Shown here piece by piece: positions 51,751 to 64,000 of a stretch of 64,000 nt of DNA; position 1 is the first letter of the stretch, and each line of letters opens with the position of its first letter. A program made the translations under genes and the position numbers. The stretch lies in assembly GCA_012026655.1 (NCBI GenBank), contig JAAILG010000019.1, positions 1 to 64,000 on the forward strand. Direction: 5' to 3'. Origin of the DNA: Hydrolagus affinis (Eukaryota). The notes under the pieces were generated by a model. The model was given only the letters and a program-made list of their open reading frames with translations. It ran no database searches and was not told the origin of the DNA.

Positions 51751-52082
51751 TGCGTGGAGGTGTTGGGGAGGCAGTGATTGTGGAGAAACCGAGAGGAAAG
51801 TCGCCAATATTTTGCAGTTATGTGTCTTGAATTTATGGACTTCTGATTTAGAGCTAGTCTGTAAGTTTTCAGGAAATGCAAAATACTATGTTTTTCCAAC
51901 TTTGGGTCATTTTCCGCTGAAGGGATATCAAGGTAATTCATTCATCTGTGGACTATTGTCTGGTTCAAACTGCAAAAAGGAGAAAACTTTTAATAAAAGC
52001 TTTGATTTACCTCACAGTGAATACATCATTGTTAGCTAACTTTTATTAAATGAATTGCCAGTAGATCAGCTTCAAAATTAAC

Positions 52083-52260
52083 ATAATAAACCTTGCATTT
52101 GATATGCAACAATATGACTTTGTACGACATTGCAGTGCACAATTGGCTGCTGCATTTCATCCACAAAATATACAGTCAATTAACTTTACAGTATATTCTG
52201 TGAAGCACTTTGAGAAGTCATTATGACATAAGACCATTTATCAAATGCAAAGATTACTAT
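52083..52260 (+). mobile_element. SINE 3' fragment preceded by an inverted copy of its tail
   Basis: 52083-52105 ataataaaccttgcatttgatat is the reverse complement of the SINE tail motif; body 52117-52260. Confidence 0.8.
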
Positions 52261-52362
52261 AAAATGTTTAATATAGACACACAACATATTTATAGTTTTA
52301 GAGTTCAATAATAAAAGTGAAATGGTTCTACGGACTGGTCGGAATGCTCATTAGGCATTATA

Positions 52363-52578
52363 CAGTAAAAACCCGTTTATCCAGCACCCTTGGGATCTAG
52401 CCAATGCCGGATAAAGTGCCTGCCGGATATTCGTCCGAAAACGCAAAAAAAAATTAAATAAAAATTTTCAATGCATTTTTCCGGATAAATTCCGATTAAT
52501 TGAATGTGAACTTTTTTTGCGATGCCTGTTCTACGGAAGTTATGGTTGATTGGGTGCCGGATAGTCCGGCTTTTACTG
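52363..52578. mobile_element. Tc1/mariner (pogo/Tigger-type) MITE A, 216 bp
   Basis: TA-cagtaaaaacccgtttatccagcacc ... ggtgccggatagtccggcttttactg-TA, imperfect 26-bp TIR. Confidence 0.85.
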
Positions 52579-52580
52579 TA

Positions 52581-53375
52581 CAGGTAGACCCTGCTTAACA
52601 ATGGGGTTAGGGACTTTAAAACCCTTCGCTAAGCAAGAATTTCTTTAAGTGAGAGCTTAACTATTACTGTATTTGGCCGCACCCAAAACGCTGCCCCGAC
52701 CTGAGCCTTCCTGCTAAAATCAGTTTAGTTCCTAGCGGTTCCTAACGCTAAAATTTTTGGTGTACAGATTGAGCGGCCAAAATCCGGAGTTCCGGAATGT
52801 GACAAAAATTGAAGAATAAAAATGCCAATTCTACCTGCTCCAGGCCAGGTCTTCATAGTCACCACACTGAAATATCGCAACCTGAGCCCAGGCATTTCCG
52901 GACACGTGACACGCTTCTGGCATTCCGATTTGTCCGGAAATACCCAAACCTGGCCTTGGCTACGGGCCCGAATTCAGGACGATCAACCTGTACTAGCGAA
53001 GGCCTAAGGTAGATATAACTGCTATTGAAGGCTACACAACTTTAAATACAATAATAAAATATTAAAATGTTAGTAAATACAACAATAAACCAAAAAAAAG
53101 ACAGTCCTTGACTTACTGAAGCCACGAAGCATCCTGCTGCTTATGCTGCACTGCTTAACTGAGGCACGCTAAAGACTGAGCATGTGTTGCTGGGGCAACC
53201 GGGAGAGACGCTACCAAATGAGAAGCTGCGCACGAGAAGCCCTCGAGATTTAAAGTGTGTGTAAACATTCGTTATAGCGAAAGCAGCCTTTGTTAAGTGG
53301 ATAAGTGGTAGAAATAGAAACCCTCGTTATAGTGAACTTTTGTTAACCAGGCGTTTGGTAAGCGGGGTCTACCTG
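52581..53375. mobile_element. Tigger-type MITE B, 795 bp including nested C
   Basis: TA-caggtagaccctgcttaacaa ... ttggtaagcggggtctacctg-TA. Confidence 0.85.
52765..52990. mobile_element. Tigger-type MITE C nested in B, 226 bp
   Basis: TA-cagattgagcggccaaaatccgg ... ccgaattcaggacgatcaacctg-TA, imperfect TIR. Confidence 0.7.
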
Positions 53376-53409
53376 TACTTGCTAGGAGACAGTTCAGGTG
53401 AACATGTAT

Positions 53410-53825
53410 GTCAGCCTGGCCCAGTTGGTAGCATTCTTGCCTCTAAGACTGAGGGCTGTGGGTTCAAGCCCAACATCAGACCTTTAAACACACATGGTCT
53501 AGGCAACCCTGGGGTGATTGCAATGTTGGTAGTGACATCCTTCAGATAAAATTTAATATCCAGGTCCTATCTGCCTATTCAGATAAATGTTAAAGATACC
53601 ATAATACTATTTGAAAAGAGAAGGTATTTTCTCCTGGTGTCCTGACCATTAATTCCCCAAATAAAATTGATCATTCACTTCATGGCTATTTGTGTGACAT
53701 TGCTATGCACAAATTGCTACATTCCCCTACAAAATATGCAGTCATTAGACTTTCCAGTAAATTCTGTGCTTTGAGATCTCCCCCTGACATTAAAGGTGCT
53801 ACATTGTGTCTAAAAATTACTATTA
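53410..53825 (+). mobile_element. Full-length degenerate Deu-domain SINE
   Basis: gtcagcctggcccagttggtagc A box, gggttcaagccc B box, Deu core, tail. Confidence 0.8.
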
Positions 53826-54704
53826 ATTACAGCTAATCATGAAAAGAAGAGTGTTAGTGATGTTATACATTAAAAAAACACAAACCGTGCCATTAACCTT
53901 GGTATCTGTTGAAGTAATTCCAAAAAAAGGAGTTAATGCTTAATACAATTGTTGCACAGTTGAGTAAATTGTATAGTTTTATCAACAAAAAAGGTGTAAT
54001 TTGAAGTGTAAATTGGTTGGCAATTCTGAGATGGTCTTGTAATTCCACCACCCAAACCCCCATTTATCAGTCTTAGTGTCAAGTACCTTCCCTGACTGAT
54101 TGACTTATATCCAGGATTGTTGTGTAACTGGTATTCTGAACAAAAAAAGCCACAAAGTTCAATTTTATCCGATTCTTTTTTCTTTGTGCGGAAACTTCCA
54201 ACTTTTAATCAAAGACCTCAATTAGTTTGTTTTCATTTTATTACTGTATGTTTGAACAAATGGCACAAGTATGTTTTTTTGTTTCTTCAGTCCATATATG
54301 AACATAACATATACAACTGGCAGTGTGATTTGATGTTATTGAAAATTAAATGGATGCAAGAGAAGTAACGAGATGGGATACATGCTATGATCCTTGAGGA
54401 AAGAGTCGAACCCCTGATATTTTCAGAAGCCCCATAAATAGTGAACTATACCTGAGGACTGGAGCATAACCAGCACTAATTCTTATTCAAAAAAGAGTAA
54501 GGCATGAATTTGGAAGTTAAACCAAGTAACCTAACATCTGTAGTGTGTGTTTTTTTAAAAAAAAACTTTGGTAAAACTTGTATGATGCTCCCAAAGTTTA
54601 TCGAATGCTTCAAAGAATTGGAATTGTTTAAGGAAGCAACAAAACGATTATGTTGGTATTCAGCTGTTAATGTAGGCATCAATGCAATGCTATCTCTTTA
54701 AACA

Positions 54705-55070
54705 ATATTAATCCTTACATTAGATATAGTGCCTTATCAGTGTCAATTTCTCCAACCTATTTACGGGATTTTACTAAAAGGTTTACCAAACATGGCAGCT
54801 AATTTGTGCATAGTAATGTCATACAAACAACCACAATGAATTACTGATTCTATCCGGGGATGGTTGGCTAGGACACTGGGAGAAACACCCTTCTTTCAAA
54901 TAGTGCTATGAAATATTTTAGTGCCAATCTGAACAGATCTGGCCAATCTGGATCTTGGTTTATTATCTCATTTGAAAAATGGCACCTCTGATAATGCAGC
55001 CCACCCCCACCCCCCTCCCCCCCACCATTGCACTGGAGTGTCAGATCAGACCACGTGTTTAAAGTCCAGA
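54705..55070 (-). mobile_element. Degenerate Deu-domain SINE
   Basis: Reverse-complement tail and core (ggctaggacactgggagaaac..ttcaaatagtgctatg..ggtttattatctcatttgaaa). Confidence 0.7.
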
Positions 55071-57779
55071 GGCACTTAATCTAGACTAAGCCCTTTTCCA
55101 CAGAATTTACCTGATTTCAGATCTTGTCCAGCGAACCACAATTACTGGTTTTACACCATTCCCCTCCCCCCCCATCCCTCTACCACCCAATGGGTCATTT
55201 TCCCATCAGTTTACTGCACAGTCTGACCCATTACTTAGGGTTAGACTTGCAAACTGCTTTTTATCACAATTTTTAAATTTTGCCTCTAAGTTTTTTTAAG
55301 GAAAAGCATGCAGCATACTACTAAGTGACTTTTTTCACCTCCCCTCCCCGTATATGTTTGGGTAAGACGGTTTGTGCCCCCCTCCTCCAGTTTTACATTT
55401 TTGTTTTCTCTCCCCCACTTTTAGGTCCCCCGAACCATGCACCTGGCTGAGATGGCAGGCAGGTGACCTGCTCCCAGGCCTCTGGCATTGCTGCTGTGTA
55501 AGTGGCACACTGGTATGTGCATGAACATGGTTTGGGATGACTCATGATATGGGGAGTTACTGACAACTACTATTCCATGATACAATGTCTTTGAGTACTA
55601 GTTTACTCTACCACCAGGGAACGATTACACCAGTTGGAAGATAAAAATCCTAACAGTCTACTGTACCCAATTACAACCTGGGTGAAGATGAAAGCAACAC
55701 ATGCTGATCGGGACTGCCATGTTTCTTCAGGTCACTGTTGCTATGACATTTGGGGGGTGGGGAACGGTTAAAAATCTGAAAATGTGTGAAAAGTCACAGG
55801 TAATTGTTTACTTCAAATGTATAGTTTTTTTTAGTGTAATTTGTTTTTAAAAGGTAAAATTTTAAAACATTTGCTTGTGAAGAGGTTCAAAAAGCAAAGA
55901 ATGTAAACAATTTGTTGCATTCAGACTTTTAAAAAAGTACAACAAAATGCACTATATTGCAATATCATTCCTGTAGGAATTTTATATTAATATTTAATTC
56001 CCTGGGACAACTTAAAATTTACTTTTTTTTGCCTTATTGGCTACTTCTACTGGTAAATTCTTGGGAAACATATTTCCATTACCTCTACTTTTAACGATGA
56101 CTGGCTGTATGATTAAAAAAATTGTCAGAATGTATACACTCATTCTGCATTGTAATAATGCTTTGATGGATATCAGCTGTTCATCCTAATCATATGCAGT
56201 GTATCATAACAGACAAAAATAAAACTCACTTCAGTATAGCCCTTAAATATTCTGCTAATGTCCATGTTGAATAGTGAGGGTTATAAATATCAGTGGAGAC
56301 ATGTTATTGCCAAAAAATAACCTATTTTATGAAAAGTTTTGTGAAGTACAGTACTTGATTTCTTAGTTCATTATTTTGATTCAGCACAGATGTCTATTCC
56401 AATTTTTTTAATTAAAATTTAAGTTTGCCCTGTTATTCTTTACTTTTCTCCCCATTGGCATTCCTCTCAGCTCCTGGTCACCAGCCTCCTTTTCCTGAGT
56501 GTGGTTACAAGGGTGCTGGTACCTCATCCAAGTGCCTTTTGTTAACTTGTGAGCCTTTGCAGGCAATTGTCAGGTGGAGGGCTTACACATTCCACACACA
56601 GCTGCCACATATACATGCCAGTGATCTCCAGTGCTACTGCTGTATTGAGGAAAAAGCTTATAAAGTACATTTATCTTAAAAAGGAAAGGTTACAACTAGA
56701 TTGATTTTATTGAGAATGTAATTTATTGATTATTTTGCAGCTCTGAATTTGTTTCTTTGTATGCAGCGAAAGCACTTAAAATAATGTTTTTATTATTACT
56801 GACAAATAATGATTCTGTGATAGAATAAATGACGATCATAAGTGGAGTGATCCTATTGATAGATACTCTGTTGTGATCTTTTTTAGGAGTATAAAAATGT
56901 GGGTATGAAGACCTCACGTTCATGTATTTTAATCACTCAATTCTGTTTTGGGGCTGAATATAAAAATATTTTTGATGTCTTCTAAAATCTTTTTATATAC
57001 TCTTATTAAATTACGAATATGTGCAATTTTCTAAAGTATTTTAATGAAAGGCATCACTCCACTGATAATAGGTAAAAGCTTCCTTGTAAAATTTCCTCAT
57101 AGCAATATTCAAAAAGATGGAATAATTTTTGTTGCTCTTTGATGAGTTGCTTTCGTGACATCTTCTGCCCCAAAGAATAATGACCACAGTTGGTCTGGTT
57201 ATTTCACATATTCACTTACTGATTCTTATAGTGCATCAATGTCAGTTTATTAGAATTTATATTTTATATATCAATATTTTATTTACCATGACAGTTAATG
57301 TTTGGTCAAATGTTACACCAAGAACTGTTTTCCTAATCACATTATTTAGCTATGCTATTGGAAATTTAATAACCATATGTACTATCTTATTTGTATTATT
57401 AAATTACACATGTGAAATCATTTGAACAGTTAAGTTGTGTTCCTTTTCTTTATACACCATTATGTTCCAAGGCTAAGTTCCACACAACTTCAGTGACATC
57501 TTAACTTAGACATTTTCTCTATGTTCCCATCATGATCTTTTAAGGGAATGATAGAAATGCACAATTTAAAACTATTGTACTGTAAAGAACAATATTGAGA
57601 GTGCAACCTTCAAGAGTAATAGAATCTGAGCCAGTGGCATAGAGGTGTTGGCAAGTTGCAAATGTAAACACCTCCACCAGCAGGGCCGGATCATAACCTT
57701 TGAGCAACCAGCTTCTTAAAAATAAATAATAAAGGGAAAAGCCGATTTGCATTATGTCACCAAGGTTAAAATAAGTAGA

Positions 57780-58140
57780 AAAGAAGTTGAGACAGCATCT
57801 TATCAAATATCATCATTAAACATTATTTTACATTCTTGTATTACAACAAACATTGGGAATGAATGATTCCTTCTGCAAATGCATGGCGGCTTTAAATGTG
57901 GCTTTACTCTTGTTAAATGTGCTTGAATTGCCTCCTTTATAAAATACTCCAGCGTTTCCTCAACTATAAATGTCAAGCTAACAGACCTCCAGTTTCCTAC
58001 ATCTATCTATTGACCTTTTTGTAAAATATGAAACATTAGCTATTTTCTAATCTGCTGCTGCTACTTCTGCATTCAGACAGCACCTATTTACTTCTTCATT
58101 TAATTAAATATTCTGAGATGCATGGTTTTTCCCTGGCCTT
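57780..58140 (-). mobile_element. CR1 RT remnant
   Basis: Minus strand reads D*KIANVS.F.K and GNWRSVSLT, cf. CR1 DWKxANVTPIFKKG...GNYRPVSLT. Confidence 0.6.
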
Positions 58141-58187
58141 GTTTATGGACAAAAGAAATTGCAAAGTGGAGTGCAAGCTACATTTAG

Positions 58188-58480
58188 AATAATAATCCTT
58201 TCATTTGATAAAGAGCTTTATCACGTCTTTGAGACTTCTCAAAGTGCTTCACAGAATACACTGTAAAGTGAATTGACTGTATTTTTGTTTGCGCACAGCA
58301 ATGTCCTACAAACAGTAATGGACTGAAGTGACCAATTGTATTGGGGGGTGTCGTAGAATTGTATTCTTGAGGCATTATTATCACTGTAGTAAGGAAACTT
58401 GCCCAAGGTTTTGCCTTGCTGGGAATCAAACCCAGTTCTCTTGCTTCTGAGGCGAGTGCTCTAACCACTGAGCTGCAGTA
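58188..58480 (-). mobile_element. Near full-length short SINE
   Basis: Reverse complement of head (gcagctcagtggttagagcactcgcctc..gggtttgattccc) and tail. Confidence 0.9.
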
Positions 58481-59594
58481 CTCCTACCTACTGAGCTTCA
58501 GGACTCCTATAGGACTAGTAATGGCATACCAATGCAAATCAGCCTATTTGGTTAGATTATACAGGAAATTTGGGCATAATATTCTTGCTGCTGTTCATAT
58601 AAGAGGGTTGATCACAGAAAGATTGTTTTTTTTTGGTGGTGGTGGGGGGAGTCATAGCTATGCTACCACCTAAAATATATTGTGTATTAAAAAAAGCAGA
58701 ATAGTAGATGGTAGATTATTTCCTATCGGAGTATAGGAATTCAAACTTTTGGTACATGTATTTTGTATTTATTTTGAAACAAACAATTTGAGGTATGGCT
58801 CCTGCCAGAAAATAGGTTTTATTTCTATTCATTGGTAATAATTAAAGTAAATAAACAATTGCATGTAAACTCTGAGATAATAATCCATCATGGGCATGTA
58901 GCTCATTGATAAAGTTGTTGGGATAGGTCATTTTGGTGGAAAATTGTGAGGGAATTTAGAGTTCATCCAAGTGTACATGGGATTGTTAACATGTTAAGGC
59001 TTTGTTAAAGTCAATTACCTGCAACCCTCTGCAGTTTTCATTTAGGCATAATGTACAATTGAATAGTTACATAATGTCACTTGTGAGCTGCCTTTTTAAG
59101 GCTGGTAGTTGATGATCAAGTGGTTTGTGTGAGACATTACTAATTTGTCACCCTAATACTATAATTGTTTTACTTTTCAGTGTGGGAGCTACAGGGTGTG
59201 GGTAGAATTTTGCTGAAGTAGAATACAGAAAGGCCGGGGAACAAAGACTACTCGGCAATGGAATCCAAGGCAAAGAATATATAGGGTGAGGGTCATGTAC
59301 CTAATGTCAGAGGAGCATTGTGTACAGAGGCCTGTGCCTCGTAGGAGAGCCAGTAACAGAGCTGTGGTACCTGATAGAGGATAACCTGATGGCGTTTCAA
59401 ATGTCAGCACAGCTTTGTTTGTTGCACTTAAAGTGACATCTGCATTAAACTTTTATGCAATTGGTTCCCTTTTGGCACCAGCAGGGGACAATGCGGGCAT
59501 AAACTAGTTCTCAGGTGTTTTACAGGTACTTTCATTCGAGAAAAAAAATTGGAAAAGTAACTAAGGAGGCAGTAAAGACCTTTCAGGTTTCCGT

Positions 59595-60352
59595 TAGGTG
59601 TGTAAGACGGAAGCCATACTCTTTGGCTTCCATCGACGTCTTCTGTCCCATGGTTCCGACCTCCTCAACCTACCTGACCTGTCCTTAAAATTCTCCAAAA
59701 CTGTGCACAACTTAGGTGTCAGGTTTGATCCCCAGTTATCCTTCCCCGATATCCGGCCCATTACCAGAACCACTTTCTTCCATCTCCACCACGTTGCAAG
59801 TCTCCGGCAGTAATTCACCCCAACAGCTGCCAAAACCCTGGTCCATGCCTTTGTCACCTCTCACCCTCCTCGCTGGTCACCCCCACTCCACCATCCACAA
59901 AATTCAGCTCATACAAAACTCCACCATCTGCACTAAGCTTCTTACCCTGATTACCCCAGTCCTTGTCAAACTGCACTGGCTCCCTGTCACAGAGCAGATC
60001 GATTTCAAGATCCTCACTCTTGTATTTAAATCTTTCCGCTCCTTTGCACCCTGTTACCTCACTTAACCTCCTCTCCCCTCACTGCAGGGGCCTGCCTCTG
60101 CTCTACTGGGTCCAACCTCCTCCTTGTCTCCGGAGACCTCCCCTTCACCATCAGCAGCCGTGCTTTGAGCCACAACGCCAAGAAATTTTGGAACTCCTGC
60201 TCTCAACCCCCTCCTTTCCCATCTTCAGGTTGCGCATGAACACGTTTCTCTTCGGCCATGCTTATGGTTACCTTCCCCCTCCCACTTGCTCGGCCTCGGG
60301 CAGTTCGCTCTTCACCTGGTGTGAAGAGCTCTATATAAAGTTTTGTTGTTGA
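59595..60352 (+). mobile_element. L2 LINE 3' fragment
   Basis: KTEAILFG..VHNLGVRFDPQLSF and ITPVLVKLHWLPV..IDFKILTLVFK; tail ctctatataaagttttgttgttg. Confidence 0.88.
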
Positions 60353-61999
60353 TTGACTAATAACCAATGGAAAAGGAGCAGCTTTGACTGATGGGGAAGG
60401 ACAAGAACTGTTTAGAAGCTTTTAGCTTCACAGGTTCCACAGGAGAAAAATGTCTAGAAGCATTTGATACATTATTTTTGCATAAACTATGATCGTAGTG
60501 AGCTCATGAGTTTCATTTTTAATTCACATTTATATTTCTAATCATACACAAATTATGTGAATAGGAATGTTGAATGCACCTTATTTAATTATTTCTGACC
60601 CATATGAGTTGTGAAAATAGTGAAACAAGTCCAAAAGCGTATGCCCGTAAAAACTCAGATGAACATTTAGAAAGATCACACAGAAACATCCAACATACCT
60701 GCAAACAATCATGGTCATTGAGGTGTTTGAATACAGTAAATCATGTTTCAAAGGCAAGTTCAGTCTGTTCTCAGTAAAATGAAGGATTGTGGAAAAACTA
60801 CTTCAGTGCTAATTACCTATACATTCAGTAATTGTACTTAGGTGGTTTCTGTATTTTAAATTAATAGAAATTGTTGAAGTGCAACAAAAATAGATCTAAA
60901 TGTGCACAGCTAGAAATCTGTTCAGTAAACTTATATTTTTGCCATAAGATACACATATTTATTCGTTGCTCCAAGGTTGAAGCTTTTTAAAAGACCGCTA
61001 AAGTAGTTTCCACACTTTTTTTTCACCAAATAGTTCTGGAATATGCATGCCAAAGTCAGCCTTAAACGTGTCGTGATAATGTACAAGAAACCACCGTTTT
61101 AGGAACAATATATTCAGATTGTACTGGTTTTGTTTACAAAAGGCAGCAATCTGTCTGGTTGCACTGTAATTTTATCTGTTCGTTACTTCTGATAGAGCAA
61201 TGTTGGTGTCAGGAATGAGTCGCAAACTGGAATGCATCAGTCCAGAATTCATCATTATTCAGTGTGAAAACCACTCACCCTTTGATCCCACTCTTGAATT
61301 GGAATGAAATGTGCCTTAAAGTAAAGTGAAATGCATCACATGTGGTAGCATTGGGCCTTTGCCTTGGCTCTATTTCTGGTGTGAAATCAATACACTATCT
61401 TTCCTTGTGACCTGCTCAGTGACCTCGATTGCTGCATTCATGCTGAACAGCAATTGGTATGAACAGCCAAGGTCTGCTGTGGCTCACTGGATTTCATACC
61501 TACTGTGTAAAGCTGCTACAAAAAGCTTATCAATAATTTGTGTTTAATGTACTTTCACTAACATTGCAAAGATTTTTAAAAACATCCTGGATTTCTCACA
61601 GCTATCCTCTTAAAAATTCTCATAAGTGGACATATACTAGCTGATGTGGCTTAAATGGTTTTACATTAGATCATTTATATTTTTCTAAATCAAATAGTTA
61701 AGTTGATTAGTAAAATAAACAATTTTACATACAAAACCTAGTTCCTATCAATATTTTGTCTTTTTTAACAAAAATGGTGCTTTAGAATACAATATTTGGA
61801 AGATGCAAAAAGTGCATCTATAGCTTAAACCTTCTTTATTTGTGTGTGTGAACGGTTGATAGCCTAAAAGAAACTATATATTGTCAGAAAATATATAAAT
61901 TATGTTCTTTCTCATATTAGTACATGCAATTGGTTATGCTTTGAAGAATTCAGACAGTGAAGGACAATAGATGTGCTGTGGAATGAATGAGGGGGAGAT

Positions 62000-62110
62000 A
62001 TTCGCCCACAAATATACAGTCAATTCACTTTACAGTATATTCTGTGAAGCTCTTTGAGATGTTTAGAAGGTGTGAAAAGCACTATATCAAATTCAAGGAT
62101 TATTATTATT
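62000..62110 (+). mobile_element. SINE 3' fragment
   Basis: Family tail. Confidence 0.9.
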
Positions 62111-62234
62111 GTACAGCTTGATGTATGTTTTCAGTTTGTATCGTGATAAGCTTTGTCAAAGCTTCGGTCCAATGTCTAATTTTTATGGGGATTTGCATTC
62201 TAAATCATTATAATAATGTTTAATTTACATACTT

Positions 62235-62456
62235 ATATCTATCTTTGCTTCTTGCTTTGCTTCATCTCGTTTCCTCCCTTGCGTGCTTCAAGGCTGGTCT
62301 CAAGACCCTCCTCGTCGATTGTGCCTTCTGCTTTCCCCAATTCACTCCCTCCCCTACATTGCCCCTCCCCCTTAATCAGGTCCGAACCTGACTGTTCAGT
62401 GCCTTGGGACGTCCTCCCAATTTGAAAGGCGCTCTATAAATGTAATTTTGTTGTTG
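62235..62456 (+). mobile_element. L2 3' tail fragment
   Basis: cagtgccttgggacgtcctccc..tgaaaggcgctctataaatgtaattttgttgttg. Confidence 0.8.
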
Positions 62457-64000
62457 CTCAAGGAGTCTCATGTAGTTCATGATTTGGTCTTGGTCTAAAT
62501 TGAGGTGTGAGAAGATGTTTTGTCCTTATCTTGACTGAGGATTATCAAAGTGATCAAGTAGCTCCTGTGGTTTTGGTATATATCAAGCTATTTCCTTGAG
62601 CAACTCTGAGTAACAGACTAATACAATCCTTAATGGAGCTGTTGATTGTTTTTATACAGTTTCAGTACCACATTCCCTTGGCCACACTTACACTGCACCA
62701 GTTGGAAATGTATAGGATCTTGAGAAACCTCAATAAGTCTATTTGGAAATAAATAGGTTTCATTGTGTCTTTGATGATTAAGATTGCCTTTTACATTTTC
62801 CTTTATTTTGGGATTATTTTTCTTTATATCCAAATTCAAGGGTTATTTCAGACCTAGACAATGATTAACTCTGAATCTGAAATCAGAACAGTTTACTCGT
62901 GCCAAGACTGATAAATGTCACATGGAGCTACAGTTATTTACTCCAACCCTATCAACAGTGGTGAAACCCTGTAAAGAAAGGACATCTGCGGTTTATTCCC
63001 TAAAATTGTAACAGGATACACTGATAGATTTGGCAAGCCCTGAATTCCCTATTCTTCAGGTGCCTAAATATGTACCTATCTGACAAAGAGTCACACTATG
63101 AGTACAGTACAGTAAAGATCTTGTTTGTAGAGGTGTATCAATTCTTGTGGCCTCGTCAGCTTTCCTAATTTATGCCTGTAGGGTCTTCGTGCAAAAAATA
63201 TTGTATTTTGCTTTTTGAGTCTTCAGAGAGATGTGTTATTTTGTATCTCAAGAGTATTATGTTGCTCAGGTTATAGGGAATCTTGTTTTCTATTTGCTAC
63301 TCCTAGTCTACCCTTTCATTCTTCTGTTGAGATGCATATTTTATTTTGAGAAACTCGGGTGAAGGGTCAATCGTAAAATTGCTGCCACAATGTTTCCACA
63401 GGCGAGTGTGCTATCATCTGAGCCAAACTAACACCTGAGGCTCACGATCCCATCTATCCCTTGCCGTCAAAGCATGTTGTATAAAAAATGAAGATTGTGC
63501 AGATTTGTAGAAAATTCCGTCTCAATTTGGAATTGAATAATTTTTAAGAAGAACTTTTCATAGTTTTGCACAATCTTAAATTTAATGATAATATGATCTT
63601 ACAGGCTTTGACAGGATGGAATTTCAGGTTGAGGGATGGGTATGATTAGAAGAACTTCTCTTACTATACACACACGTATACAGTACTGTATATAAAAACA
63701 TTCTTGTAAACAAAAACATTTCTTGCTGTGTTGATAAACTGCTCCGAAAGGAGCTGGATAAATATTTGGTTAAAACAATATTAACAATGATGGGGATAGA
63801 TTGATGAATGAATGTTGTCTGTATAGGTTTTAATTGTAAGAACGGATGAAATTCCTGAAAGTTTTGCTTTGTAAATTGGAGTTGGAGAAATACAGAACTT
63901 TTTTCCAGGAGATAAATTTTTAGAGTCCATGAACTTTTGTATCTATGATAGAAATGGGCTTGATAAGCCAAATTACTTTTCTCATTTGATACTTTATATG

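Noticed and set aside
28849-58468. Recurring peptide (TN/TK)IQSIHFTVYSVK in several ORFs, suggesting a protein family or CRISPR-like repeat
   Set aside because: Translation of dispersed SINE tails; irregular kb-scale spacing, both strands, eukaryotic context
59181-59285. Exon-like segment as NPAS3 exon 2
   Set aside because: Stops in all three frames and no similarity to the recalled NPAS3 ITAQHPL or bHLH exons, which I did not find in the window

Overview
AT-rich vertebrate genomic DNA. The SINE/L2/CR1 repertoire suggests a cartilaginous fish, possibly a chimaera (inferred). The window holds the 3' end of AKAP6/mAKAP on + (a spectrin-repeat exon at 2362-2577 and a giant 3.76-kb exon at 5138-8899 with an LEWD motif and the PKA-RII helix). 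About 9 kb later come the CpG-island promoter and alternative first exons of NPAS3 (+), whose first intron fills the rest of the window. Main finding: AKAP6 appears to splice on in frame, via a 141-nt exon (9769-9909) and a 35-nt microexon (10662-10696), into a terminal exon (11566-11845) encoding a complete KASH domain (TM helix, Cys-23, ...SWTPVLSYLQGPPPF-stop). Mammalian AKAP6 has no TM/KASH and is tethered to the nuclear envelope via nesprin-1. This AKAP6 therefore looks like a self-anchoring, nesprin-like LINC-complex protein carrying a PKA dock, with splice options that would give KASH-less forms. The NPAS3 intron also has many SINE/L2/CR1 copies, a Penelope-like relic and a stack of three TA-flanked Tigger-type MITEs. 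Homology calls come from recall of known proteins, not from a search; exon connectivity is predicted from splice signals and phase.
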